From assembly GCA_963745025.1 (NCBI GenBank), contig CAVUWD010000014.1, positions 192,001 through 256,000 of the forward strand: DNA of 64,000 nt. Direction: 5' to 3'. Positions within the stretch are counted from its first letter, which is position 1; the number at the start of each line of letters is the position of its first letter. The notes beneath the pieces were generated by a model, which saw only the letters and a program-made list of their open reading frames with translations, had not been told where the DNA came from and did no database searches. Shown piece after piece: positions 8,466 to 17,000 of the stretch. This DNA comes from an uncultured delta proteobacterium (GTDB lineage Bacteria; Desulfobacterota; Binatia; JACPRU01). A program made the translations under genes and the position numbers.

Positions 8466-10216
8466 GACGCATCCGCGTTCTGGGACGCTCCTGCTTCGCA
8501 GGAACCCCACCCTCCTCCGCCCCTCCCCCGTCCCTGACCCGCAAGGTGTGCGGCTTCCTCTCGAGTCTCTCCCTTGCGGCGTCGCTCGCCGCGTCGGCGG
8601 CGCTGGCCGCCGCACCCGCGCCCGATGTCGGCACCGACGCCCAACGCGAGGCCGGAAAGAAGCTCTACGCGGTCAATTGCGCGCAGTGCCACGGGGAAAA
8701 GGGCGACGGCGAGGGAATCGCCACGCCCTTCGTCCTGCCGAAGCCGCGCGACTTCACCTCCGGCAAGTTCAAGATCCGCACAACGCCGAGTGGCGCGCTG
8801 CCGACCACGCAGGACCTGAAGAACATCATCCGCGCAGGCATGCCGTACACCGCGATGCCCGCGTGGCCGCAGTTCAACGAACAGCAGCTCACCGACCTCG
8901 TGTACTACGTGAAATCATTCGCCCCCGATTTCGCCAAGGCCGAGCGACAGGCGGAGCCGATCCCGATCCCCCCCGCTCCAGCGCTCGGCAAGGATTCGAT
9001 CGAGAAGGGCAAGAAGCTCTACGCGGATCTCGGCTGCGCGCGTTGCCACGGCGACCTCGGCCGTACCGACGGCATCTCCGCGCCGACGCTGAAGGACGAC
9101 TGGGGGAACACCATCCGCACGGCCGACCTCACTCGCCGCTGGACGTTTCGCGGCGGGCCGAAGCGCGAGGACATCTTCCGCGCGTTCTCGACCGGCCTCA
9201 ACGGAACGCCGATGCCGTCGTTCGTCGACGCGCTTTCGCTCGAACAGCGCTGGGATCTCGCGAACTACACCTACTCGCTGTCGGAGAGCGACACGCCGAG
9301 CTACGCGACGGTCGTGATGGCGAAGAAGGTCCGGAAAGAGATCGATGCGAACGATGCGAAGCTCTTCGAGGACACGGAAGCGGCGTACTTTCCGGTGATC
9401 GGTCAGATCGTCCAGCCCGGCCGCGAGTTCCATCCGCCGTGCAATGGCATCTCGGTTCGCACGGTTTACAACGAGACCGACATCGCCTTCGAGCTCACGT
9501 GGCACGACATGCGGGCGGAGACGAGCGGCAAGAACGGTCCGGAGATCGCCGTGCCGGCCGCCGAGGACGAAGGCGAGAAGCCCGCCGCGAAGCCGGCGGT
9601 CGAGGGTGGCGGAAACGTCTGGGGCGAAGAGGAGCAAGCCGCTCCGGCTGCGAAGTCCGAAGGCAGCGTCTGGGGAGAGGAAGAAGCCGGCGCCGGCGCT
9701 CCCGCGGTTGCAGCGAGCGAGTTCTCCGACGCGGTGGCGATTCAGCTTCCGGTCGCGCTCCCGACGACGATCCGCAAGCCCTACTTCATCTTCGGCGACA
9801 AAGGGAACCCGGTGAACCTCTGGTTCGCCGACCTCGCCAAGAAACCGGCTGGCCTGTACCTGGCTCAAGGCAGCGACAGCCTCGAAGCGCTCGGGCCGCG
9901 CAAGCTCGAGGTCGCGAGCCACTACGACAAGGGCGAATGGCGAGTCGTTTTCAAACGCCCGCTGCGCAGCCAAGGCGAGATCAGCTTCGAGGAAGGCGCG
10001 TTCATCCCGGTCGCCTTCTCGTTGTGGGACGGTCTCGCCCGCGAGCGCGGCAACAAGCGCGCGCTCACCAACTGGTGGACGGTGTACCTGTCGCCCGCCG
10101 AGAAGCAGTCGCCTGCGGGTCAGATGGCCAAGTGGGCGGTCGCCGCATTCGCGCTCGAGCTCGTGTTCATCGGCTGGGCGCGGCGTCGGGCGCACCGTTC
10201 GACCGGAGCGACGTGA
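8462..10216 (+). CDS. diheme cytochrome c fused to an ethylbenzene-dehydrogenase-gamma (EB_dh) heme-b domain with C-terminal TM (NxrC-like)
   Basis: CAQCH, CARCH, PRDFT, GTPMPSF; FSDAVAIQLP and PVAFSLWDG..ERG.K motifs. Confidence 0.82.
   Translation: MRRIRVLGRSCFAGTPPSSAPPPSLTRKVCGFLSSLSLAASLAASAALAAAPAPDVGTDAQREAGKKLYAVNCAQCHGEKGDGEGIATPFVLPKPRDFTSGKFKIRTTPSGALPTTQDLKNIIRAGMPYTAMPAWPQFNEQQLTDLVYYVKSFAPDFAKAERQAEPIPIPPAPALGKDSIEKGKKLYADLGCARCHGDLGRTDGISAPTLKDDWGNTIRTADLTRRWTFRGGPKREDIFRAFSTGLNGTPMPSFVDALSLEQRWDLANYTYSLSESDTPSYATVVMAKKVRKEIDANDAKLFEDTEAAYFPVIGQIVQPGREFHPPCNGISVRTVYNETDIAFELTWHDMRAETSGKNGPEIAVPAAEDEGEKPAAKPAVEGGGNVWGEEEQAAPAAKSEGSVWGEEEAGAGAPAVAASEFSDAVAIQLPVALPTTIRKPYFIFGDKGNPVNLWFADLAKKPAGLYLAQGSDSLEALGPRKLEVASHYDKGEWRVVFKRPLRSQGEISFEEGAFIPVAFSLWDGLARERGNKRALTNWWTVYLSPAEKQSPAGQMAKWAVAAFALELVFIGWARRRAHRSTGAT
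8468..8556 (-). repeat. inverted copy of the GGGACG...CGTCCC element
   Basis: reverse complement reads cagggacgggggagg...ggggttcctgcgaagcaggagcgtcccagaacgcggatgcg, near-identical at both ends to 1523-1595. Confidence 0.85.
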
Positions 10217-10229
10217 TTTGGAGGAAGCA

Positions 10230-12245
10230 ATGTACAAGACGATCTACGTCCCGGTAGACAATTCCGAACATTCGAACCAGGCGATTCGCCGCGCGGTTGA
10301 CCTCGGCAAGGCCTTCGGATCGAAGATGGTCGGCTGTCACGTCTACGCGGCGAAGATGCACGACTACCGCTTCAAGCAGATGGAGTACACGCTGCCGGAG
10401 GAATATCTCGAGGAGACCGAGCTCGAGCGGCAGCGGAAGATCCACGACAGCTTGATCACGATGGGCCTGAAGCTCGTCTCCGACAGCTACCTGGCGCCGA
10501 TGGCCGCCGCCTGCGCCACGGCGGGCCTCGAGTTCGAGCCGCGGATGATCGATGGCAAACACTCCACCGAGATCGTCAAGGACCTCGCCGCGGGCGACTA
10601 CGACCTCGTCGTGATCGGCGTGCTCGGTCTCGGCCGCGTGCGCGACAGCCAAGTGGGATCGGTCTGCGAGCGTGTGGCGCGGAAAGCCCGACAAGACGTG
10701 TTGGTCGTCAAGCAGCTGCCGGACGAGAATGGTGGAGCCGAACGCGACACGATCCTCGTCGGCATCGACGGCAGCCCGCAGTCCTTCGGCGCGCTGATGA
10801 CCGCGATCGACCTCGCCAAGCGCTTCGACAAGAAGGTCGAGGCAATCGCCGTCTACGACCCCTATCTACACTACACGGTCTTCAACAGCATCGTGAACGT
10901 GCTCACCGAGAAGGCGGCCAAGGTCTTTCGCTTCGAGGAGCAAAATCAGCTCCACGAGGAAGTCATCGACACGGGCCTCGCGCAGATCTACCAGTCGCAC
11001 CTCGAGGTCGCCGGTACGATGGCCGCCGAGGTCGGCGTCGAGATCCACAAGACGCTCCTCGACGGCAAGGCGTTCCAGAAGGTTCTCAACCACGCGCGGA
11101 AGATCGAGCCGTGGCTCCTCGTCGTCGGACGGACCGGCATCCATAGCGCGAACGACGAGCACGAGCTCGGCAGCAATTCCGAGAATCTGTTCCGCAACTC
11201 GCCGTGCAACGTCCTGCTGACGACGCGTCTGGAGGTGCCCGAGCTCGACGTCAAGGCGGAGCAGTCGATCCGTTGGACCGCGGAGGCGGAGGAGCGCATG
11301 ACACGCGTGCCGCCGCTCGTCCAGGGAATCGCCCGCACGGCGATCTTCCGGCTGGCCCTCGAGAAGGGCCACAGCGTGATCACCAGCGATCTGCTCGACG
11401 AGGCGATGGACCGTTACATGCCGAAGGGTGCGAAGGCCGCGACGAAGCTCGCCGAGAGCGTGGTGCTCGGGCACGCCAAGGACAAGCCGATCTCGATCTG
11501 CCGGAAATGCGGCGTGTCGGCAGTCGAGGCGAGCCCGGTCGTGTGCGCGGTGTGCGGCGGCCACTCCTTCCAGGTGATCTCGCCCGAGATGGTCGAGGAG
11601 ATCATCGAGACCGAGGGCGGCGCGCAGCCCGAGACGACCTACGACGGACGAAAGCTCACCTGGACGCGCGATGCCAAGCGTGGACTCTGGACGATCCAGG
11701 ATGGCTACAAGCGCCGCCGCACCAAGGCGCGCATCGAGAAGGCCGCGCGCCTTCGCCGGCTCGAGACCGTGGGTTTCGAGTTCGCCAAGATGATGGTCGA
11801 GGAGGAGACCGGTGCGCCGCTCGTGCTTCCCGCCGACGGAGCCGCGGCAGCGCCCGTCGAGACGCAGGACGGAAAGAAGCTCATCGCTCGCGACGACAAG
11901 CGAAATCCTCTCTTCTCCGAGCTCGATTGGGCACCCGACGCGATCGCACGGATCCTTCGCGTCCCGGCCGGCTTCATGCGGAGTCGCACTCAGGCGAGAA
12001 TCGAAGACCTGGCGCGCGAGCGGAGCCGAAGCCCGATCGACCTCGCGCTCGTCGAGGAAGGCATCGAGCAGGGCCGGAAGCTCATGGAAGAGATGATCCA
12101 GGGCTACAATCGAAACCCAGAGAGCGTGCGCGAGGCCGCCGCTACGGCGAGCCCGGTTCCCGCGACGCGGCCGGGCAGCCTAGCGCTCAACGAGGTGGGC
12201 ATCATGGCGATGATGGAGGCGAAGAGGCAGGGCGACGAAAAATAG
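10230..12245 (+). CDS. tandem universal stress protein domains plus Zn-ribbon plus three PCP_red-like domains
   Basis: two USP domains (IYVPVDNS, ILVGIDGS); CRKC..CAVC; three W-x3-A..RVP-type repeats. Confidence 0.82.
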   Translation: MYKTIYVPVDNSEHSNQAIRRAVDLGKAFGSKMVGCHVYAAKMHDYRFKQMEYTLPEEYLEETELERQRKIHDSLITMGLKLVSDSYLAPMAAACATAGLEFEPRMIDGKHSTEIVKDLAAGDYDLVVIGVLGLGRVRDSQVGSVCERVARKARQDVLVVKQLPDENGGAERDTILVGIDGSPQSFGALMTAIDLAKRFDKKVEAIAVYDPYLHYTVFNSIVNVLTEKAAKVFRFEEQNQLHEEVIDTGLAQIYQSHLEVAGTMAAEVGVEIHKTLLDGKAFQKVLNHARKIEPWLLVVGRTGIHSANDEHELGSNSENLFRNSPCNVLLTTRLEVPELDVKAEQSIRWTAEAEERMTRVPPLVQGIARTAIFRLALEKGHSVITSDLLDEAMDRYMPKGAKAATKLAESVVLGHAKDKPISICRKCGVSAVEASPVVCAVCGGHSFQVISPEMVEEIIETEGGAQPETTYDGRKLTWTRDAKRGLWTIQDGYKRRRTKARIEKAARLRRLETVGFEFAKMMVEEETGAPLVLPADGAAAAPVETQDGKKLIARDDKRNPLFSELDWAPDAIARILRVPAGFMRSRTQARIEDLARERSRSPIDLALVEEGIEQGRKLMEEMIQGYNRNPESVREAAATASPVPATRPGSLALNEVGIMAMMEAKRQGDEK

Positions 12246-12304
12246 GCTACAGGCTACAGAAAAGGATCCATGATGTTTTTGCCTGTAGCCTGTAGCCCGT
12301 AGCC
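12245..12304. repeat. heptamer-periodic inverted repeat (GGCTACA)n...(TGTAGCC)n
   Basis: ggctacaggctacag / ctgtagcctgtagcccgtagcc directly after a stop codon; similar hairpins at 15783, 30227 and 34069. Confidence 0.7.
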
Positions 12305-12313
12305 AATCTTGGC

Positions 12314-13156
12314 ATGTCCGGCTACCGCTTCTGCCGAACCGACGACATCCCGCTCCTCGTCGAGGCGTACAACGCCTGCTGCGGCGATCGCCGCCAAACC
12401 GAACCGCCGCTGACCGTCGACGGCTTCAAGCACGGCGCGCGCGCGCTCGGTCTCTGGGCGTCGAGCTGCATGATCGCCTTCGATGGCGAAACGCCGATCG
12501 CGGTGCTGCTCGGCGCCAAGCGCGAGGACTCGAACCTCGTCTACCGGCTCGCCGTGCGCCCCGGCCACGAGCGCCGGGGGCACGGCCGGCATTTGCTCGA
12601 TTCGCTGCGCCGCAAGGTCGCGATCCTCGGTCCGCGGCGCCTCGTCGTCGAGGTTCCCGCCGAATCGACGGGCGTGTGTCGCTTCTTCGAGCGCTGCGGA
12701 TTCGCCGCCGAGAGGCGCTACGGCGATTTCGTCTCGGATAGGACGCCGGCGGCATTCCCGGTGGAGGCGAGCCTCGTCTCCGCCGTAACCGTTGAGGAGC
12801 TCGTCCAGAGCGGCGCGCTCGACCCGTCGATCCCGCGCCCCTGGGAGCGCTCGCTCGCGACGATGGCGAGCCGGAGCCGAGAGATCGATGGATTGGCGAT
12901 CGCGTCGGACGAGCGTATCGAGGCCTACGTCCTCCATCGAGCGAGATCCGCGGCCTGTGAGCTCGTGGCCCTCGGCGCCACCCGCAACGAGCTCCTGGCC
13001 CCGCTGTTGGCCGACCTTCACCGGCGCGCCGGCGTGACGCCGCGGATCATCCGCAAGGTCGCGGAGGACGAAATCCCCGGAGCGCTCCTGGCGGCTCTGG
13101 GCTTTCACCGCGAGACCGAGTACATCGGCTACGCAGCAGACATGCAAGCGCCGTGA
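12314..13156 (+). CDS. GNAT-family N-acetyltransferase
   Basis: LAVRPGHERRGHGRHLL motif A; FFERCGF. Confidence 0.75.
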   Translation: MSGYRFCRTDDIPLLVEAYNACCGDRRQTEPPLTVDGFKHGARALGLWASSCMIAFDGETPIAVLLGAKREDSNLVYRLAVRPGHERRGHGRHLLDSLRRKVAILGPRRLVVEVPAESTGVCRFFERCGFAAERRYGDFVSDRTPAAFPVEASLVSAVTVEELVQSGALDPSIPRPWERSLATMASRSREIDGLAIASDERIEAYVLHRARSAACELVALGATRNELLAPLLADLHRRAGVTPRIIRKVAEDEIPGALLAALGFHRETEYIGYAADMQAP

Positions 13157-14022
13157 AGAGCTACTACGACATCGCCGGCGACGGCGGCTCGAACGTCGGG
13201 GCACAGGTCGTCGCCAGGCGGGGACGGATCGCCGCGAGCCTCGCCGGGGTCCGCCACATGCTGGCGATCGGATCCGGCAAAGGCGGCGTCGGCAAGAGCA
13301 CGCTGACCATGCAGCTCGCCCGCGCGCTTCGCGCCTCAGGTGCTGGCGTGGCGATTCTCGATGCGGATCTCAACGGTCCGAGCCAGGCGCGCATGGCAGG
13401 CCTCGGGCGCGTGCCGATCATTCCCGGGCCGGATGGGATCGTCATGCCGCGCACGCCGTCCGGAATCGGCGTGGTGTCGATGGGCGTCCTCGTTCCGGAG
13501 TCCGAGGCGCTCGATTTCGAGACCGTCGCCCGCGGCGATACCTACCTGTGGCGCGCCACACGGGAATTCTCCCTGCTCGGCGATCTGCTCGCTGGCGTCG
13601 CATGGGGAACGCTCGATTTCCTGCTCGTCGATCTGCCGCCGGGCGCGGAGCGCACGTTTCAGTATGCGGAGTTTCTCGGGCCTGCGGCCGCGCTCGTGCT
13701 CGTCACGATTCCCTCGGACCTCTCGCGCGGGGTCGTCGCGCGCTCGCTCGCGGCGCTCCGCAAGACGCCGAACCGGATTCTCGGCTACGTCGACAACATG
13801 AAGGGCTACGCCTGCAGCGGCTGCCACACGATCCAGCCGCTGTTTGCGGAGTCGGGCGCGATCGACCTCGGCATCCCCTGTCTCGGCTCGGTACCGTTCG
13901 ATCCCGATCTCGCCGCCGCGTGCGATCGCGGCGAAGCCCTGCCCGACGATCCGTCGAACCCCACCCGGCAGGCCATCCGCGAGGTCGCTCTGGAGATCCA
14001 CCGTCGCATGGAGGTGACATGA
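13153..14022 (+). CDS. mrp: Mrp/ApbC/NBP35 Fe-S carrier ATPase
   Basis: GSGKGGVGKST, DADLNGPS, DFLLVDLPPG, NMKGYACSGC. Confidence 0.88.
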   Translation: MKSYYDIAGDGGSNVGAQVVARRGRIAASLAGVRHMLAIGSGKGGVGKSTLTMQLARALRASGAGVAILDADLNGPSQARMAGLGRVPIIPGPDGIVMPRTPSGIGVVSMGVLVPESEALDFETVARGDTYLWRATREFSLLGDLLAGVAWGTLDFLLVDLPPGAERTFQYAEFLGPAAALVLVTIPSDLSRGVVARSLAALRKTPNRILGYVDNMKGYACSGCHTIQPLFAESGAIDLGIPCLGSVPFDPDLAAACDRGEALPDDPSNPTRQAIREVALEIHRRMEVT

Positions 14023-14432
14023 AGTTCCTCTGCGTCCTCTGCGATCAGCCGATGAAGCTCGTCCAGGTCGCGCCACCCGACCGCGGTAGCCTGTCGGTCG
14101 TCTACGAATGTCCGGAGTGCGCTCACCGGATCGCCATGCTCACCAACCCGCTCGAAACGCAGATGGTGACGTCGCTCGGGGTCGAGATCGGCCCGAGCGG
14201 TGAGAAAACCGAATCGAAGTGCCCGTTCTCGGGGATGATCCAGGGCATGTCGGCGCCCTCGGCCGACGGCGAGCTGCCGTGGACGGCCAAGGCGCTCGAG
14301 CGGCTCGCCAACGTTCCCGAATTCGTCCGTCCGATGGCGCGGGTGGGCATCGAGCGCTATGCCCGCGAGCAGGGCCTTCGCGAGGTCGACGAGCAAGTGC
14401 TCGAGCAGGCGAAGAGCTCCTTCGGAATGTAG
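14019..14432 (+). CDS. CxxC-CxxC metal-binding protein with C-terminal PCP_red-like domain
   Basis: MKFLCVLC..YECPEC..KCPFS; WTAKALERLANVPEFVRPMAR. Confidence 0.8.
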   Translation: MKFLCVLCDQPMKLVQVAPPDRGSLSVVYECPECAHRIAMLTNPLETQMVTSLGVEIGPSGEKTESKCPFSGMIQGMSAPSADGELPWTAKALERLANVPEFVRPMARVGIERYAREQGLREVDEQVLEQAKSSFGM

Positions 14433-14453
14433 AGACGCGTTCTCGAAGTCGCC

Positions 14454-15782
14454 GTGCCGACCGAAAGCGTCACAAACCGCGAAACGTCGGCGTTCTCCCG
14501 CCCGTACGTCATCTCCTGGAATCTGACGTACCGCTGCAATCTCGCCTGCGAGCACTGCTACCTCGATGCGGGCGGCAAGCCCGAAGTCCATACCGAGAGC
14601 TTCGCCGATCGGAGAGAGCTCTCGACCGAGGGCTGTTTTCGCGTGATCGACGAGGTCGCCGCGTTCGCTCCGGACTGTTTGCTGATCCTCACCGGCGGCG
14701 AGCCGCTGCTCCGGCGGGACATCGTCGAGATCATCCGCTACGGCGCGGGCAAGGGCCTCTGGGTCGTGGTCGGCACGAACGGCGTGAAGATCACCGAGAA
14801 CCTCGCGGCCGTCCTCCAGCGCGAGGGCGTGCGCGGCCTCTCGCTTTCCCTCGATGCGCTCGACGAGCGCCGGCACGACCTCTTCCGCCGCGTCCGCGGC
14901 GCTTGGCGCAACACGATCGAGGGAGCGAAGATCCTCGCCCGAGCCGGCCTCGCCTTCATCGTCCAGACGACGGTCGCGCGCCACAACGTCGCGGAGCTCG
15001 CTGCGATCGCCGACTTCGCCCACGACGAGCTCGGCGCGAAGGTCTGGAACCTCTATTTCCTGGTACCGACCGGGCGCGGCGCGCACGTCTCCGACCTCGA
15101 CGCGAAGGACTACGATCATGTGCTCACGGAGCTGCGCGCGATCCAGAAGCGCTTCGCGGGCCGCATGCTGGTCAACGCCAAGTGCGCGCCGCACTACGCA
15201 CGCGTGCTGGTCGCCGAAGAGCCCGAGTCGCCCGCCTTGAAGGGATACGCCGGCGGCGCCGGCGGCTGCCCCGCCGGCACGCACTACCTCGGCATTCGTC
15301 CGAACGGCGACGTCACCCCTTGCCCTTACCTGCCGCTGTTCGGCGGGAATCTTCGAACGCAGAGCCTCACCGAGATCTGGCAGTCCTCCGACCTCTTCGT
15401 CGAGATCCGCAGCCGCAGCCGTCTCGGCGGGCGCTGCGGCGACTGCGAGCTCAACGCCGCCTGCGGCGGCTGCCGCGCACGAGCGTTCGGTATGACCGGC
15501 GACGTCATGGCAGAGGACCCGCTCTGCACGCATCAGCCGGGGACGTTCCCGAAGCCCGCCGCGCCCGCCGTCGAATACGGCTCGCCGGCCGACGTCACGC
15601 TCGCGTGGGACCCGGCGGCGTGCGAGCGGATGAAGCAGATCCCCGCGTTCGTCCGCGGCATGGTCGCCAAGCGCGTCGAAGCCTACTGTCGTGATCGGCA
15701 GATTGGCCGCGTCAGCGAAGAGGTGCTCGCGGAGATCCGCGCGAAGATGCCGACGCCGAAGCTCTTCGGCACCAGAGGATAG
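14454..15782 (+). CDS. radical SAM/SPASM enzyme (AhbC/AhbD/NirJ-like) with C-terminal PCP_red-like domain
   Basis: WNLTYRCNLACEHC, TGGEPL, GCPAG..PNGDVTPC, CGDC..CGGCRARA; WDPAACERMKQIPAFVRGM. Confidence 0.88.
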   Translation: MPTESVTNRETSAFSRPYVISWNLTYRCNLACEHCYLDAGGKPEVHTESFADRRELSTEGCFRVIDEVAAFAPDCLLILTGGEPLLRRDIVEIIRYGAGKGLWVVVGTNGVKITENLAAVLQREGVRGLSLSLDALDERRHDLFRRVRGAWRNTIEGAKILARAGLAFIVQTTVARHNVAELAAIADFAHDELGAKVWNLYFLVPTGRGAHVSDLDAKDYDHVLTELRAIQKRFAGRMLVNAKCAPHYARVLVAEEPESPALKGYAGGAGGCPAGTHYLGIRPNGDVTPCPYLPLFGGNLRTQSLTEIWQSSDLFVEIRSRSRLGGRCGDCELNAACGGCRARAFGMTGDVMAEDPLCTHQPGTFPKPAAPAVEYGSPADVTLAWDPAACERMKQIPAFVRGMVAKRVEAYCRDRQIGRVSEEVLAEIRAKMPTPKLFGTRG

Positions 15783-15929
15783 GGGCTACGGGCTACGCGC
15801 TACGGGAAAGGCTTCCAGGAGTCTCTCCCCGAAGCCTGCAGCCCTACCTTCAGAGACCGACCGGCGCCGAGCCGAGCTGCGCTACCGCGTGACGACCCGC
15901 TGATCTGGTCTTGCCGCGGCAAGCGGGGG

Positions 15930-16550
15930 ATGCAACACGTGTCCGCGATGGCGCCGCCGCTCGTGCTCCCCGTCCACTACGACTTCGCGTCGACGATCTG
16001 CTTCGTCGCCTACCGCGTGCTCGAGCGCATGCGGGAGGACCTCGACGCACTGGGTGTCGTCCTCGAGTGGCGGCCGATCGATCTCGTGGCGATCACCGGC
16101 TGGCGGCGCGGCATCGTCGTCGATGGCCCGCGGCGAGACAACGCGCTGCGCGTCGCCGAGGAGCTCGGCGTCGGGGTACGCATGCCCCCCGTGTGGCTGG
16201 ACTCGCGGCCCGCGCACGCGGTGGCCCTGGCGCTCGCCGGCAGCGCTCGAGAGGCGGTTTGGCACGAGCGGGTGTGGAGCGCCGTCTTCGAGGAGGGGCG
16301 CGACATCGGCGCCGAAGGCGAGGTCGAGCGGCTCGCCGCCGACCTCATGCTCGATCCCGCGGCCCTCGGCGACACTCACGATTTTGGCCGCCTCGAAGCC
16401 TTGACCGAGGCGGCACGTGAGGCCGAGGTCATCGGCGTACCGACGTTCCACGTCGGCTTCCCGCTCGGCGGCATCCAGGAGCCGGACACGATGCGGCTCC
16501 TCTTTCAGCGCTGGGTCGAGAAGCGCACGCGCGAGCGGGATCGCGGCTGA
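15930..16550 (+). CDS. DsbA/FrnE-like thioredoxin-fold protein
   Basis: HYDFASTICF and VIGVPTF motifs. Confidence 0.72.
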   Translation: MQHVSAMAPPLVLPVHYDFASTICFVAYRVLERMREDLDALGVVLEWRPIDLVAITGWRRGIVVDGPRRDNALRVAEELGVGVRMPPVWLDSRPAHAVALALAGSAREAVWHERVWSAVFEEGRDIGAEGEVERLAADLMLDPAALGDTHDFGRLEALTEAAREAEVIGVPTFHVGFPLGGIQEPDTMRLLFQRWVEKRTRERDRG

Positions 16551-16554
16551 GCGA

Positions 16555-16947
16555 TCAGGCGAGCGCGACGCATTCGATCTCGATGTCGAACTCCATCGGC
16601 CACGAGCCGACGGTGACGAAGGTGCGCGCCGGCGGGTCGGTGGGGAAATACCGCGCGTAGACCTTGTTGATCGTCGGGTAGTAGGCCGAATTCGCCGCGT
16701 AGATCGTCACCTTGACGACCTTGTCGAGCGAGGATCCCGCAGCCTGCACCGCCGCCTTCACGTTCTCGAGACAGGTCTCCGTCTGCTTGACGATGTCGCC
16801 GCGGACGAGCTGGCCGGTCTTCGGATCGGCCGGCGGCATGCCGGAGACGAACACGAATCCGTTCGCCTTGATGGCGGCCGAGAGCGGGACGCCGAGCTTC
16901 TCGGTCACGTCGGAGATCGGTGATACGCGAACGACTTCTTTCTTCAT
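16555..16947 (-). CDS. RidA/YjgF family protein
   Basis: FVFVSG, KVVKVTIY, PPART, DIEIECVA. Confidence 0.88.
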   Translation of the reverse strand: MKKEVVRVSPISDVTEKLGVPLSAAIKANGFVFVSGMPPADPKTGQLVRGDIVKQTETCLENVKAAVQAAGSSLDKVVKVTIYAANSAYYPTINKVYARYFPTDPPARTFVTVGSWPMEFDIEIECVALA

Positions 16948-17000
16948 ACCGCTTCCTCCGATACGCGACCTTCGCACGGAAGCCGGGGCAAGGAAAAGAT

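Noticed and set aside
14454-15782. RiPP cluster (radical SAM/SPASM plus precursor)
   Set aside because: No precursor peptide, RRE/PqqD domain or transporter; the sequence resembles Ahb/NirJ enzymes
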